From: Candidatus Omnitrophota bacterium
GTDB lineage: Bacteria; Omnitrophota; Omnitrophia; Omnitrophales; Aquincolibacteriaceae
Assembly (NCBI GenBank): GCA_043821445.1
Contig: JBDRCT010000017.1
Coordinates: forward strand, 5,679-69,678
DNA: 64,000 nt
Reading direction: 5' to 3'
A program made the translations under genes and the position numbers. Of this stretch, positions 35,273 through 45,843 are shown piece by piece. The notes beneath the pieces were generated by a model that was not told the origin of the DNA, did not search any database, and saw only the letters and a list, made by a program, of their open reading frames with translations. Positions within the stretch are counted from its first letter, which is position 1. Each line of letters opens with the position of its first letter.

Positions 35273-35875
35273 TCAGCGCACCATCGGCCGTACATAGGCG
35301 TCGCTTGAAGCAAGCCCCTGGGTCCTCAACTGTTTGAGCATTTTGGAGGCATCCTGGTGCGTCTGGAATCCCTCTATACAAACCTGCAGGTGCTTGCCGC
35401 TTGGGATCACAAAGGAATGGTACCCTTTTTGGGAAAGTTTTTGGATCTCACGATCCGCCGCGGCCTGAGTGATATAAGTCACATGTTGGATCGTATACTT
35501 TCCTTCAGGCTTCACAACCTTGGCCACGGGCTTGGGCAGCTCCGCAACTGTGATAGGAATTTCCTTGGGAACAGATCTGTCGACCATCGTCGGCAAAGGA
35601 GTCTTCGAAACCGACGCGACAACCGTTTGAGAAGCCTCCGGAGAAACGACCTCGGTAGGAACCGAACGAACTCCCTGGCCCTCTAAAGACTTTTTTCCTT
35701 TTTCAACTCCCCAAGAAAAGCTCAACACATAGATCATGAGCAGGACGAGCGTCAACCCGATCGTCTGGTCGAGACGCAGCGTGATGAAAGTCTTTTCGAG
35801 ATAAGAAGCCTTGGGGGCCGTCGAGTCCTCTGAAAGAGTCCGGGGCACGGGCAGATCGAATAATTCCGTTTGCAT
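35273..35875 (-). CDS. membrane protein with a C-terminal SPOR-like domain
   Basis: TM (LTLVLLMIYVLSFSW). C-terminus YTIQHVTYITQAAADREIQKL...LQVCIEGFQTHQDASKMLKQL. GGAGGA SD 8 nt upstream. Confidence 0.6.
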   Translation of the reverse strand: MQTELFDLPVPRTLSEDSTAPKASYLEKTFITLRLDQTIGLTLVLLMIYVLSFSWGVEKGKKSLEGQGVRSVPTEVVSPEASQTVVASVSKTPLPTMVDRSVPKEIPITVAELPKPVAKVVKPEGKYTIQHVTYITQAAADREIQKLSQKGYHSFVIPSGKHLQVCIEGFQTHQDASKMLKQLRTQGLASSDAYVRPMVR

Positions 35876-35930
35876 GGTTAAGTCCTCCGTGGGTGTATTT
35901 ACGGCAACTCACACGGAAGACTTAATTAAA

Positions 35931-35995
35931 ACTCGCACAACGCTCAACGCACAAAGCGCAACGACCAGCTTCTCGCGTTGACCGTTGCGCGTTGC
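35931..35995. promoter_or_regulatory. symmetric array of 3x CAACGC followed by 3x GCGTTG upstream of the SPOR gene
   Basis: gcacaacgctcaacgcacaaagcgcaacg...cgcgttgaccgttgcgcgttgcgcg. Confidence 0.35.
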
Positions 35996-36000
35996 GCGAT

Positions 36001-36033
36001 TTATTTGGCAAGTTTAATGCGGCTCGGCGGCCC
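36001..36033 (-). repeat. diverged duplicate of the lepB 3-prime end (encodes ...PPSRIKLAK-stop)
   Basis: 26/33 nt identity with 36141-36173. Most differences are synonymous in the lepB frame. Confidence 0.6.
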
Positions 36034-36140
36034 GCCTTGAGGATCAGGCGTCCTGGTTTTTCCTTTCAATTTTGAATTGAAAACCAGGATTGCACTGAAA
36101 TTCGATTTAAAGCTTCAAAGGAGTTTCAGGCGAGGCTCGC

Positions 36141-36806
36141 CTACTTTGCAAGCTTAATGCGATTCGGCGGCCACCAGATCATGAAGGCTTTACCCACAAG
36201 ATCTTTTTTCGGAACAAAACCCCACTGACGGCTGTCGGCCGAGTGGGCGGAATTATCCCCTAACGCGAAATAATGCCCCTCCGGAACCCGGATCATCTGA
36301 CCAGACTTGCCGAACTTCCAATCCTCAACATTGTAATAGGTGTTCCCGGAAAACGGAGGGTCGGTCATCGGCTTTCCATTGACGAGCAGCACCCCTTTGC
36401 GTATCTCAAGCACTTCACCCGGGAGCCCCGCAAGCCGCTTGACGAAATCTTTTTTGCGGTCAAGAGGATACTTGAACACGATGATATCCCCACGCTCGGG
36501 TGGACGAAAACGGTAACTCAACTTGTCGACAAAGATCTTGTCTTCTTCCATGAAAGTCGGCTTCATGGAGCCGGTCGGGATCTTGTAGGGCCCAAAAATG
36601 AACGTGCGGATAAAAATAGCGAGCACCGCCGCGATCAGAAGCGGCTCGCCCCAATTTTTCCATTTTTCAAAGAGCCACCGCCGGGGCTCGGCCCGGGCGA
36701 ATTGCCATTCGTGAATGAGTTTCGCTCGGTAAACGTAGCCCAGCACCACGGCCACCGGCAGGATCCAAAGATACTTTCGAATCACTTGTATAAGATTCCC
36801 TTCCAT
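36141..36806 (-). CDS. lepB: signal peptidase I
   Basis: GSMKPTF (Ser box), GDNSAHSADSRQWGFVPK, N-terminal TM. 221 aa. Confidence 0.85.
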   Translation of the reverse strand: MEGNLIQVIRKYLWILPVAVVLGYVYRAKLIHEWQFARAEPRRWLFEKWKNWGEPLLIAAVLAIFIRTFIFGPYKIPTGSMKPTFMEEDKIFVDKLSYRFRPPERGDIIVFKYPLDRKKDFVKRLAGLPGEVLEIRKGVLLVNGKPMTDPPFSGNTYYNVEDWKFGKSGQMIRVPEGHYFALGDNSAHSADSRQWGFVPKKDLVGKAFMIWWPPNRIKLAK

Positions 36807-36807
36807 A

Positions 36808-38628
36808 TTATTCCACCTTCAAAATGCTGATAAAAGCCTCTTGAGGAAGATCGACCTTCCCGATCTTTTTCATGCGTTTCTTCCCTTCCTTTTGTTTTTC
36901 CCAGAGTTTGCGCTTACGCGTGATGTCGCCACCGTAACATTTGGCCGTCACGTTCTTTTTGATAGCGGAAATCGAATCGCGGGCGATCACCTTCGCCCCG
37001 ATCGCCGCCTGAATCACAACTTCGAACATCTGCCGGGGGATCACTTCCTTGAGCTTCTCTACGAGCGCCTTGCCGCGCGGATAAGCTTTTTCCTTCCAAG
37101 TGATGATCGCAAGCGCATCCACCGGTTCTCCGTTGATGAGAATATCCATCTTGACAAGGTCCGAAGGTTTATGGCCGATGAATTCGTAGTTGAGCGACCC
37201 ATAGCCGGCCGTAAATGACTTGATCTTATCATAAAAATCCATGACGACTTCTGAGAATGGAATCTCATAGGTCAGCACCGCGCGCGTCGCGTCGAGATAT
37301 TCTGTACTTTTATAAGTCCCGCGGCGGTCCTGACAAAGCTGCATGATCACCCCAAGCGCGGTGGAAGGGATCATCACATGCGCACGGATATACGGTTCCT
37401 CGATGATCTCGATCTGCTGCACCGGCGGCAAATTCGTGGGATTCTCGATCTCAAGGATCTCCCCCTTGGTCGTGAGCACCTTGTAGACGACATTCGGGGC
37501 CGTGATAATGAGCTGGAGATTAAATTCGCGTTCGAGCCGCTCCTTGATGATATCCATGTGCAAGAGCCCGAGAAATCCGCAGCGATATCCGTGCCCGAGC
37601 GATGCCGATGACTCCGGCTCATAAACAAAGGAGGAGTCATTGAGCCTGAGTTTCGCAAGCGCGTCCCTGAGCATCGCGAAATCATTGGCTTGGATCGGAT
37701 AGAGACCGCAGAAAACCATGGGCTTCACGTCCTGATAACCCGGTAAAGGCTCCGTGGCAGGATTGAGGGCAAGCGTCATCGTGTCCCCGATCTTCACGTC
37801 GGAAATATCCTTGATGTTCGCGTTCACGTAGCCGACCGTCCCGGCCCCGAGTTCTTCGACAGCCTCGGGGTTCGGATTAAAGATCCCGATCTGATCGACC
37901 TCGTGCTGGTTACGGGTCTGCATCATCAGGACCTGATCGTGCGTTCGGAGCTTTCCGTCAAAAATACGGAAGTAAGCCACCACCCCTTGATAGCTGTCAA
38001 ATTTGGAATCAAAAATGAGGGCCCGCAAAGGCTTTTCAGGATCTCCCTGGGGCGGCGGGACCTTGTCGATAATGGCCGCCAAGATCTCCTCAGTGCCCTC
38101 CCCGGTCTTGGCGCTGGAAAAAATGATCTCCTTTTCATCCACGCCTAAAAAATCAACGATCTCTTTTTTGACCCGCTCCGGTTCCGCGGTCGGAAGGTCG
38201 ATCTTCGTCACGATCGGGATGATCTTGAGGTTGCGCTCCATGGCCAGATAAAGGTTCGTCACGGTCTGCGCCTGGATCCCCTGCCCGGCATCCACAAGAA
38301 GCAAAACACCCTCGCAAGCCGCGAGACTTTTGGACACCTCATAAGTGAAGTCGATATGACCCGGGGTATCGATCAGATTAAGCCAATAACTTTTGTAATG
38401 GATACGCACCGCACGGGCTTTGATCGTAATGCCGCGCTCACGCTCCAGTTCCATATCATCCAGGATCTGGTCGCGGAATTCCCGCTTGCTGATGGCGCCC
38501 GTGTGCAAGAGCAAGCGATCCGCAAGTGTGGATTTTCCGTGATCAATATGCGCAATGATGGAGAAATTACGGATTTTGGAGGGATTCACCCCGTTAGAAC
38601 CGTCCTCCTGATGGAAGCCATTTGCCAC
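36808..38628 (-). CDS. lepA: elongation factor 4 (LepA)
   Basis: [15 protein letters not shown] and [11 protein letters not shown]-binding motifs. 606 aa, collinear with LepA. Confidence 0.95.
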   Translation of the reverse strand: MANGFHQEDGSNGVNPSKIRNFSIIAHIDHGKSTLADRLLLHTGAISKREFRDQILDDMELERERGITIKARAVRIHYKSYWLNLIDTPGHIDFTYEVSKSLAACEGVLLLVDAGQGIQAQTVTNLYLAMERNLKIIPIVTKIDLPTAEPERVKKEIVDFLGVDEKEIIFSSAKTGEGTEEILAAIIDKVPPPQGDPEKPLRALIFDSKFDSYQGVVAYFRIFDGKLRTHDQVLMMQTRNQHEVDQIGIFNPNPEAVEELGAGTVGYVNANIKDISDVKIGDTMTLALNPATEPLPGYQDVKPMVFCGLYPIQANDFAMLRDALAKLRLNDSSFVYEPESSASLGHGYRCGFLGLLHMDIIKERLEREFNLQLIITAPNVVYKVLTTKGEILEIENPTNLPPVQQIEIIEEPYIRAHVMIPSTALGVIMQLCQDRRGTYKSTEYLDATRAVLTYEIPFSEVVMDFYDKIKSFTAGYGSLNYEFIGHKPSDLVKMDILINGEPVDALAIITWKEKAYPRGKALVEKLKEVIPRQMFEVVIQAAIGAKVIARDSISAIKKNVTAKCYGGDITRKRKLWEKQKEGKKRMKKIGKVDLPQEAFISILKVE

Positions 38629-38695
38629 TTTAAAAATCCTTTTGTTGAATCAAACGAATTAAACCGCTGTAAAGCCTAGCTTCTAACGGGGTTCA

Positions 38696-39376
38696 TTAGA
38701 ATTTTTTGAAGATTTCACGGAATTCCAGGATCGCCTTCGTGCGGTCGGCTTTTCCGAAAATAGCGCTTCCCGCAACCAGGATATCGGCACCGGCCTCAAG
38801 CGCCTGAGACGCGTTCCCTGCGTCAATGCCGCCATCCACGGAAATAAGCCCTTGGAACTTCGGTCGCAGCATTTTGATCTTTTCCATCGTCTCCGGCATG
38901 AACGACTGCCCACCGAACCCCGGCTCCACGGACATGACAAGGATCAGGTCCAGGTCCGAAAGATAAGGAAAAAGCACTTCGACGGCGGTCTTTGGCCTAA
39001 GCGAGATCCCGGTCTTAGCTCCTGAGGCCTTGATCATTTGAAGCACGCCGCGGACATCTTTTTCCGCCTCGACATGGACCGTGATCCAGTCCGCACCCGC
39101 CTTGCGGAATTCAGCCAGAGAGCGGGACGGCATGTCGATCATCAAGTGGACATCAAGCGGGAGTTTCGTGACCTTGCGGATCGCACTCACGACAAGCGGC
39201 CCGATCGTGAGATTGGGCACAAAATGCCCGTCCATTACGTCAATATGGAGCGCGTCACAACCGGCTTTTTCGACATCCCGGATCTCCTCAGCCAGCCGAC
39301 TGAAATCCGCGGAAAGCAAACTGGGTGCGATCATGATTTTCTTCACTTCGTTCTCCTTAGGTCCCTTTGATGACAA
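38696..39376 (-). CDS. rpe: ribulose-phosphate 3-epimerase
   Basis: IAPSLLSADF...HIDVMDGHFVPNLTIGP...GGI is the typical Rpe barrel. Confidence 0.9.
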   Translation of the reverse strand: MSSKGPKENEVKKIMIAPSLLSADFSRLAEEIRDVEKAGCDALHIDVMDGHFVPNLTIGPLVVSAIRKVTKLPLDVHLMIDMPSRSLAEFRKAGADWITVHVEAEKDVRGVLQMIKASGAKTGISLRPKTAVEVLFPYLSDLDLILVMSVEPGFGGQSFMPETMEKIKMLRPKFQGLISVDGGIDAGNASQALEAGADILVAGSAIFGKADRTKAILEFREIFKKF

Positions 39377-40637
39377 GATTTTCCGTGATCTCGCGTTGCA
39401 TCTTCTCGGGCACCGGCCCGATAAGCGAAAGGTTCAAATCCCCGGTCCGAAAGATCCCTTGCGCGACCCGCTGGATATCTTCCGGCGTCGTCGTCTCGAT
39501 CTCCCGGCGGATCTCCGCTTGATCCGGCAACTCTCCGGAGCAAAGAGCCTTTTCACCCGCCCAAAGCAAATGATCCAGCGTGTCTTCCACTCCCAGAGAA
39601 ACCTGACTCATGAAATAGTCCTTGGCCCGGCGAAGTTCGCCCGGCCTTACGAAACTTTCCCGCACTTTCGCAAGCTCCTTCATGATCACTGCCACAGCCC
39701 GCACGGTCTTTTTTGTTTCGACGCCGGCCGATACCGTGAAGGACCCGGTATCCTGATAGCCCGAAATGCCGGATTTGATCTCATACGCGAGACCCCGTTT
39801 TTCACGCACTTCTTCAAAAAGACGGCTCGACATATTCGCTCCGAGCATCACGTGCAGAAGACCCAGCTTGTAACGGTCCGGATGCATCCGCGGAAGGGCG
39901 TGCAGCCCGATCACCAAATGCGTTTGCTCGGTCGCCTTCTCAAAAAAATGCGTGCGCGGCTTCGTCTGCGCGTTTTTCGCCGGAACAAAAGCAGAAGGTT
40001 TCTCCGGCCGGCGCGTTTTGTAAATGTCGGCCACACGCGCCAGGACCTCGTCGTGATCCACATCTCCGGAAACCGAAACCAGGATGTTGCTGTTATGATA
40101 ATGACCCTTCTTGTATTTCAACATGTCGGCACGCGTCATCCGGGAAACTGTTTTCGGAGAACCGGCAAGCGTCCGGCCCAGCGACTGGTCCGGCCACAAA
40201 AGCTCCCCCATCAGATCATGCACGTGATGGGAAGGCACATCGCGGTACATCTTGATCTCTTCAAGGATCACGGTCCTTTCCTTGGCAAGCTCATCCGCCG
40301 GCAGGGTCGAATGCAGCACCATATCGGAAAGAACGTCAAGCGCCCGGGGATAGTATTGCTTCAAAAGTTTCGAAAAATAACAGGTCATTTCTTCGCCGGT
40401 GAATGCGTTCAGTATCCCGCCCACGCCCTCGATCTCTTCCTTGATCTGACGTGTGTTCCGCGTCGGCGTGCCTTTAAACATCATATGTTCCAGAAAATGC
40501 GAGATCCCTGAGATCTTTTTAGGTTCGTACCGACCGCCGACCTTGACCCATACCGCCACGGCCGCAGATTCCCGGTTCGCCATCGGAACGGTCAAAACCC
40601 TCAGACCATTATCCAAAGCCGTCAGCCGGTAAACCAT
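39357..40637 (-). CDS. M16-family (pitrilysin/insulinase-like) zinc peptidase
   Basis: Inverted zinc motif HFLEHMMFKGT (HxxEH). 426 aa. Confidence 0.8.
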   Translation of the reverse strand: MVYRLTALDNGLRVLTVPMANRESAAVAVWVKVGGRYEPKKISGISHFLEHMMFKGTPTRNTRQIKEEIEGVGGILNAFTGEEMTCYFSKLLKQYYPRALDVLSDMVLHSTLPADELAKERTVILEEIKMYRDVPSHHVHDLMGELLWPDQSLGRTLAGSPKTVSRMTRADMLKYKKGHYHNSNILVSVSGDVDHDEVLARVADIYKTRRPEKPSAFVPAKNAQTKPRTHFFEKATEQTHLVIGLHALPRMHPDRYKLGLLHVMLGANMSSRLFEEVREKRGLAYEIKSGISGYQDTGSFTVSAGVETKKTVRAVAVIMKELAKVRESFVRPGELRRAKDYFMSQVSLGVEDTLDHLLWAGEKALCSGELPDQAEIRREIETTTPEDIQRVAQGIFRTGDLNLSLIGPVPEKMQREITENLVIKGT

Positions 40638-40646
40638 GATTTTCCT

Positions 40647-41072
40647 TTATGAGTTTGCGATCATACTGTCTAGGTAATTCTGCAATATTCTCTGAGCGGC
40701 CAACTGATCGATCACTTCCTTGCGCTGTTTGCGGCTCACATCCGCACCGATCAGCATCCGTTCGACTTCTTTGGTCGACAATCTTTCGTCCCACATCACC
40801 ATCGGAACCTGAATCCGGGACTGATACCATTCAACTTCCTGGACTCTTTTCTTCGCCGCGATCCCCATCTCGTCCTTGAGTGTCTTGGGAAGACCGACCA
40901 CGACCTTCTCCGCTTTGTGCTCGAGGATCAATTTCTGGATCTGGGCCAGTACCTGCTCCCGCCCTCGGACCTCGATCGTTTTCACCGGAAACGCGATCGT
41001 GGTTCCGGCTGGCACGAACGCGACCCCGATCCTTTTTTCTCCGAGGTCAAGGCCCAGCAGCGTGCCGCTCAT
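40647..41072 (-). CDS. ruvX: Holliday-junction-resolvase-like protein RuvX/YqgF
   Basis: LGLDLGEKRIGVAF at the N-terminus. 141 aa. Confidence 0.8.
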   Translation of the reverse strand: MSGTLLGLDLGEKRIGVAFVPAGTTIAFPVKTIEVRGREQVLAQIQKLILEHKAEKVVVGLPKTLKDEMGIAAKKRVQEVEWYQSRIQVPMVMWDERLSTKEVERMLIGADVSRKQRKEVIDQLAAQRILQNYLDSMIANS

Positions 41073-41860
41073 GCACCATGAACCGCGCGGGACATCTTTT
41101 TAATAAAACGCTCGGCCGAAGAAATCCCTCGCTTCAAATGCTCGATCACCGCACTCCCGACGATCACACCGTCCGACATGCGAGAGATATTCTTTGCCTG
41201 TTCTGGCGTTGAAATACCGAACCCGGCCAGGACCGGCTTCGGGGTCATCCGTTTCAGTTTTACAAGATGCGCTTTAAGATCTTCGGGCAAAGCTTTTCGT
41301 GCGCCGGTCACGCCCCGAAGCGAGACATAATAGATGAACCCTTGGGACTTCCCTACAAGCATTTCTGCCCGTTTATCTTGGGTCGTCGGAGCCACCAGCT
41401 GGACTCTTTGTAATTTTTGTTTCCGGCACAATCTCTGGAACTCCGCTTCTTCTTCCGGCGGCAGGTCGGGGATGATCAAGCCGTCCACCCCTGCGCCTCT
41501 CGCATCCCGGGCAAAATCCTTCCCGCCATACGAAAAGATCGGATTGAAATAGCCGAAGAAAACGATCGGGACCCTGGAACCCTTTTGCCGGAGACGGCGC
41601 ACAAGAGCGAACGCATCTTTGATCTTCACGTTTTTTTTAATGGCCTGCTCGGACGAGTACTGGATCGTCGGCCCGTCCGCAAGAGGATCCGAAAAAGGAA
41701 AGCCCAATTCGACAATGTCCACCCCCGATTTTTCGGAGGAAAGAATGAGCCGTTCCGTCGCGGCGACGCTTGGATATCCCAGCGTCAGAAAAATACAAAA
41801 AAGTTTTCGCTTCTTTTTCCGGGCTTCTCGAATCTTCTGATCTAATCGATCTGGCAACAT
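41069..41860 (-). CDS. trpA: tryptophan synthase alpha subunit
   Basis: ELGFPFSDPLADGPTIQ and GFGISTPEQA. Overlaps ruvX by 4 nt. Confidence 0.9.
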   Translation of the reverse strand: MLPDRLDQKIREARKKKRKLFCIFLTLGYPSVAATERLILSSEKSGVDIVELGFPFSDPLADGPTIQYSSEQAIKKNVKIKDAFALVRRLRQKGSRVPIVFFGYFNPIFSYGGKDFARDARGAGVDGLIIPDLPPEEEAEFQRLCRKQKLQRVQLVAPTTQDKRAEMLVGKSQGFIYYVSLRGVTGARKALPEDLKAHLVKLKRMTPKPVLAGFGISTPEQAKNISRMSDGVIVGSAVIEHLKRGISSAERFIKKMSRAVHGA

Positions 41861-41960
41861 AAATTCTTTCTTAGTATCAACGTATCAGAGTATCAGAGTG
41901 TCAAAATCTTGATACTTTGACACATTGACACTATGACACTTCGCCTTTTATTTTTGTTTT

Positions 41961-43148
41961 TCAAAGATGCTGCTGCACCGTATGGATGTCTTTGTCCCCG
42001 CGGCCGGAAAGACAAATGATCACGATGTCCGAGCTCCGGGTCTTGGGCATCAGCTTGGGTAAATAGCCCAAGGTATGTGCGGGTTCAAGCGCCGGCATGA
42101 TCCCTTCAAGTTTTGTTAAAAGGTCGAAACCCTTGAGCGCGTCAGCGTCCGTCACAGCCCTGTAGGACACCCGCCCCGAATCCTTTAAATACGAGTGTTC
42201 CGGTCCGACAGAAGGATAATCCAGTCCTGCGGAGATCGAGTGGGCAAGCAGCACCTGACCGTTCTTATCCTGAAGTAAATAACTTTTCATGCCGTGAAGG
42301 ACCCCGGGCCTTCCCTTGGTGATGGAGGCCGCGTGATGTGGCGTGGAAACGCCTTCGCCGGCCGCTTCGATCCCAATGATACGGACACCCCGGTCCTGAA
42401 GGAATGGATAAAAGAAACCCATGGAGTTACTGCCTCCGCCGACACAGGCCAAAAGGTAACTCGGAAGACGTCCTGCGGCTTTGGCGATCTGCCGGCGTGT
42501 TTCCGTTCCGATCACTTCCTGAAAATCACGGACCATCTCAGGATAAGGATGCGGCCCGACGACCGAACCCAGAAGATAATGCGTGTCCTCAACGTTCGTG
42601 ACCCAATCACGGATCGCCTCGTTCGTCGCGTCCTTGAGGGTCTTGGATCCCGAATGGACCGGCCGCACCTCCGCGCCAAGCAGTTTCATCTTATAAACAT
42701 TCAAGGCCTGGCGCTTCATATCCACCTCGCCCATATAAACCACGCACTTAAGTCCGAAGACACAGGCCGCCGTCGCGGACGCGACGCCGTGTTGTCCCGC
42801 GCCTGTCTCGGCCACGATGCGCGTCTTCCCGAGCCGTTTGGCCAAAAGCCCCTGGGCAAGCGTGTTATTGATCTTATGAGCGCCGGTATGAAGGAGGTCT
42901 TCGCGCTTGAGAAAGATCCTTCCGCGGTCGAAATGGGCGGCAAGATTTTTTGCTTCATAAAGCGGGGTCGGACGTCCGGCATAGGTTTCGAGATAATACC
43001 GGAGCTCTTTCTGGAAATTTTTATCGTTTTTGATCGCCCGATAGGCCAAGGTCAATTCCTCGCAGGCCTTCACAAGCGTCTCGGGGACATAGCGCCCCCC
43101 ATAAGGGCCGAAATGGCCTTTTGCGTCCGGAAGTTTTTTTGCCCTCAT
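41961..43148 (-). CDS. trpB: tryptophan synthase beta subunit
   Basis: [13 protein letters not shown] (PLP lysine), GGGSNSMG. 395 aa. Confidence 0.95.
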   Translation of the reverse strand: MRAKKLPDAKGHFGPYGGRYVPETLVKACEELTLAYRAIKNDKNFQKELRYYLETYAGRPTPLYEAKNLAAHFDRGRIFLKREDLLHTGAHKINNTLAQGLLAKRLGKTRIVAETGAGQHGVASATAACVFGLKCVVYMGEVDMKRQALNVYKMKLLGAEVRPVHSGSKTLKDATNEAIRDWVTNVEDTHYLLGSVVGPHPYPEMVRDFQEVIGTETRRQIAKAAGRLPSYLLACVGGGSNSMGFFYPFLQDRGVRIIGIEAAGEGVSTPHHAASITKGRPGVLHGMKSYLLQDKNGQVLLAHSISAGLDYPSVGPEHSYLKDSGRVSYRAVTDADALKGFDLLTKLEGIMPALEPAHTLGYLPKLMPKTRSSDIVIICLSGRGDKDIHTVQQHL

Positions 43149-43900
43149 ACTTTCACCTCAGCAATGTCCGAATCCTTCACCCAACCGCTCTCCCCGTTCG
43201 TCAAAATCACACGGCTCCAATCCTCACGCCGGTCCATCACGAACACCTTGATACCCTCGCCCATGCGAAACGCAACCTGGTCGTGTTCCGAAGGGCCGTA
43301 ACGGGCTTCACACTCTTTTTGCATCACGATCGCATCGCGGATCACATTGCTCTGCACCTGCTTTCCAAAAGCCACAAGCGCCGCGAGCAGAAGCACGATG
43401 AAAACGAATTGTTGCCATGGATTCCAGAATACTCCGCGCTCGCTCAAAAAATAAAGGATCCCGCCGGCCAGAAAAACAAATAAGACCGCGAGAACCACAA
43501 CATAAACCTCCCGCTCGGTCATGTACTTAAGCACAGCTTCGGTAGCTTTCAAGTACCAGTTGCGCGTATCCTCGACACGGTATTCCAAGAGCCCGCGCGT
43601 GTAGCGCAAATTCTCCCGGATATCCCCATCCCGGGGATCGAGCCGCAGGGCTTTTTCATAGTTCAGGATAGCACGACTCAGCTTTCCAAGCCGCACATAT
43701 GTATTCGCAAGATCATAATAAAAGGCCGCAACTCGGGGCTTCTGCTCGAGCAAAGACTCATAAAGTTCCGCGGCTTTCGCGTAGTCCCCGGTCCGGTAAC
43801 TCGTATTGGCCTCTTGAAAGACCTTCGCTGTCTCGACCCCCTCACACACGGCAGGCGCAAACCATAACGCGATGAGTAAAAGCCACGTGAGCCGTTTCAT
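43145..43900 (-). CDS. TPR-repeat membrane protein with a C-terminal SH3-like domain (BatE-like)
   Basis: Signal peptide, TPR repeats ([17 protein letters not shown]...), a TM, and a C-terminal [11 protein letters not shown]. Confidence 0.5.
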   Translation of the reverse strand: MKRLTWLLLIALWFAPAVCEGVETAKVFQEANTSYRTGDYAKAAELYESLLEQKPRVAAFYYDLANTYVRLGKLSRAILNYEKALRLDPRDGDIRENLRYTRGLLEYRVEDTRNWYLKATEAVLKYMTEREVYVVVLAVLFVFLAGGILYFLSERGVFWNPWQQFVFIVLLLAALVAFGKQVQSNVIRDAIVMQKECEARYGPSEHDQVAFRMGEGIKVFVMDRREDWSRVILTNGESGWVKDSDIAEVKV

Positions 43901-45810
43901 TTCCGCATCCTTTCGATCCGGTTCACAGTATCCTGAAAGATCTTGAGCCCGATCTTCTTCGATGCCTGAGGGATCGATCCTTTGCCAAAACGGGATTCAT
44001 CACAAAGATGGTAAAGCTCAAACACGTCCTTCAAGTGCGCGTCCTCCGCTCCGAAATGCGCCGCGAGAGTCTCTTCCAGATCCTGTCGCGTCACGCCATA
44101 AGTTGAAAGATTCCATTTGTCCGCGATGTACTGGACCATGGCTTTTTCAAGCTCCACAAAAAAAGCCGCGGTATCCTCGTCTTTTGAGGAGTGCGCAAGT
44201 TTCTTGAGCCTGTTGATGTTGACAGACGCGGTCCTGCGGGCCGTTTTCCGCCGCCGCAGCGCTTGATCTTTTGAAAATAGCCGGTCCTGGCGATCTTTCA
44301 CCCAAAGCACCAGCAGCAATACGAACAGAAGCAGGTCGCCCCACATAAGGACCGTATAAACCCAATCCACGGCATGAGCCGAAAAAGTCTCAGGAAGTTT
44401 TTCATCAATGTAGCGAATGTCCTTCCCTTCCGATTTGACCCGCTTTTGGAAGATGGCATTCCCCGTAAGTTCCTGCGGCATCTGGAAATTCTGATCCGAA
44501 TGCTCTACTTGGATCGGAAAGTTCGGGGTCTTCAAAGTCACATATTTTTCCTGACGGGGATCGAAATAGCTGAATTCAAGCGGTGGAACAAAAGAATTTC
44601 CCTCCTCCTTGGGAATAAAAACGATCTCAAAACTCTTCGTGCCACCGATCACGTTTTCGGTCTGGAAAAGCTTCGAATTGGTGTCCGAGTCATAGGTTTT
44701 AAAACCCGTAAGCTCCGGGATCTTCGGCCGCGTGATCGTCTCGATATTCCCTTCGCCCTCAATGACCATCTTAAGCATCACAGGCTCATTCTGTTTCACC
44801 TTGTCCTTATCGATCGTGGCTGAGAGACGGAAGGTCCCCACCGCGCCTTGAAAACTCGCCGGTTTTCCGTTTTCAGGCAAAGGCTTCACAACAAGTTGGA
44901 TCGGCGGAGGCGTAAGCAGACGATCCTGTCTCCTGGCAAAAAAGGCGCCTCCCGTAAAAAAACTATCGCTAAAAAACTCATCAAAAGCGCTCGCCCCCTG
45001 CGGTTCCTCGCGGATCGAGACCTTCAGACTCCCGGGTTGGATCGTGTAATTGCCGGGAGCGGTCGGAAAAAGTGCGAGTTTTTTCACATCCGCTTTGATA
45101 TAGCGTTTACCGTTCATGCGAACGGTCTCACGCGGCACATCCCGGCCCATCGGAAATTCCTCGATCCAGAACCCGCTTGTCTCGGGCTCTTTGTCGAATC
45201 CTTCATAGCGCGTGTCATAGCGTGTGAAAAGCGAATAGGTCAAGAGCACTTGCTCATTCTGATAGAGGGTCTTCCGGTCGACCAAAGCCTGGACGAAAAT
45301 GTTGTCGTCCGTGCCGGGAGGCATCACGGGAGCCTGATCCTGAAAGACCGGTTGTGTTACCGGAGACGAAGTGGAAGACGGCGTCACAACGCGCTGCGAC
45401 GGAACCTGCGTCCCAAGCGCCTGGTTCTGGCCTCCTAACACTTGGATCTCAAGCGGCTCCGTTCTGAAAACGCTCTGCCCTGCCCGGACTTCAATGGGAC
45501 TTAGCGTAAAACGTCCGGCCCTCTGGGGAATGAGCGTATAGCTGAATTCAACGTTCGTAGAGGACACACCATTGACGATCGAGATGTGAGAAGCGCGACC
45601 GGTATAGTAGGTTTCAAAGCCGTCGAGTTGCGGGAGTCTAGGAGCCTGAAGGTTCATGCTCTGCCCGGTCACGCGGATACTAAGCCGGACCTCTTCTCCG
45701 ACCTGTACCGAACGCTTGTTCAGGCTGGCGGACACACCGACTTCCTCGGCCTGAAGAAATGGAACAAAAACGCCCCAAAGGATAAGGGCTGTTAAAAGGA
45801 TTTTCCTCAT
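43897..45810 (-). CDS. BatD-like exported protein with a C-terminal membrane anchor
   Basis: 637 aa. Signal peptide MRKILLTALILWGVFVPFLQA and a C-proximal TM (LLFVLLLVLWV). Operon-coupled to the BatE-like gene (4-nt overlap). Confidence 0.45.
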   Translation of the reverse strand: MRKILLTALILWGVFVPFLQAEEVGVSASLNKRSVQVGEEVRLSIRVTGQSMNLQAPRLPQLDGFETYYTGRASHISIVNGVSSTNVEFSYTLIPQRAGRFTLSPIEVRAGQSVFRTEPLEIQVLGGQNQALGTQVPSQRVVTPSSTSSPVTQPVFQDQAPVMPPGTDDNIFVQALVDRKTLYQNEQVLLTYSLFTRYDTRYEGFDKEPETSGFWIEEFPMGRDVPRETVRMNGKRYIKADVKKLALFPTAPGNYTIQPGSLKVSIREEPQGASAFDEFFSDSFFTGGAFFARRQDRLLTPPPIQLVVKPLPENGKPASFQGAVGTFRLSATIDKDKVKQNEPVMLKMVIEGEGNIETITRPKIPELTGFKTYDSDTNSKLFQTENVIGGTKSFEIVFIPKEEGNSFVPPLEFSYFDPRQEKYVTLKTPNFPIQVEHSDQNFQMPQELTGNAIFQKRVKSEGKDIRYIDEKLPETFSAHAVDWVYTVLMWGDLLLFVLLLVLWVKDRQDRLFSKDQALRRRKTARRTASVNINRLKKLAHSSKDEDTAAFFVELEKAMVQYIADKWNLSTYGVTRQDLEETLAAHFGAEDAHLKDVFELYHLCDESRFGKGSIPQASKKIGLKIFQDTVNRIERMRK

Positions 45811-45843
45811 ATAAGGGTCACTCGGAGGGGTATTGTATAGGAA

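Noticed and set aside
39081-40511. 476-aa plus-strand ORF
   Set aside because: It is antisense to rpe and the M16 peptidase, both of which have clear catalytic motifs (HxxEH). Its composition is typical of a shadow ORF.
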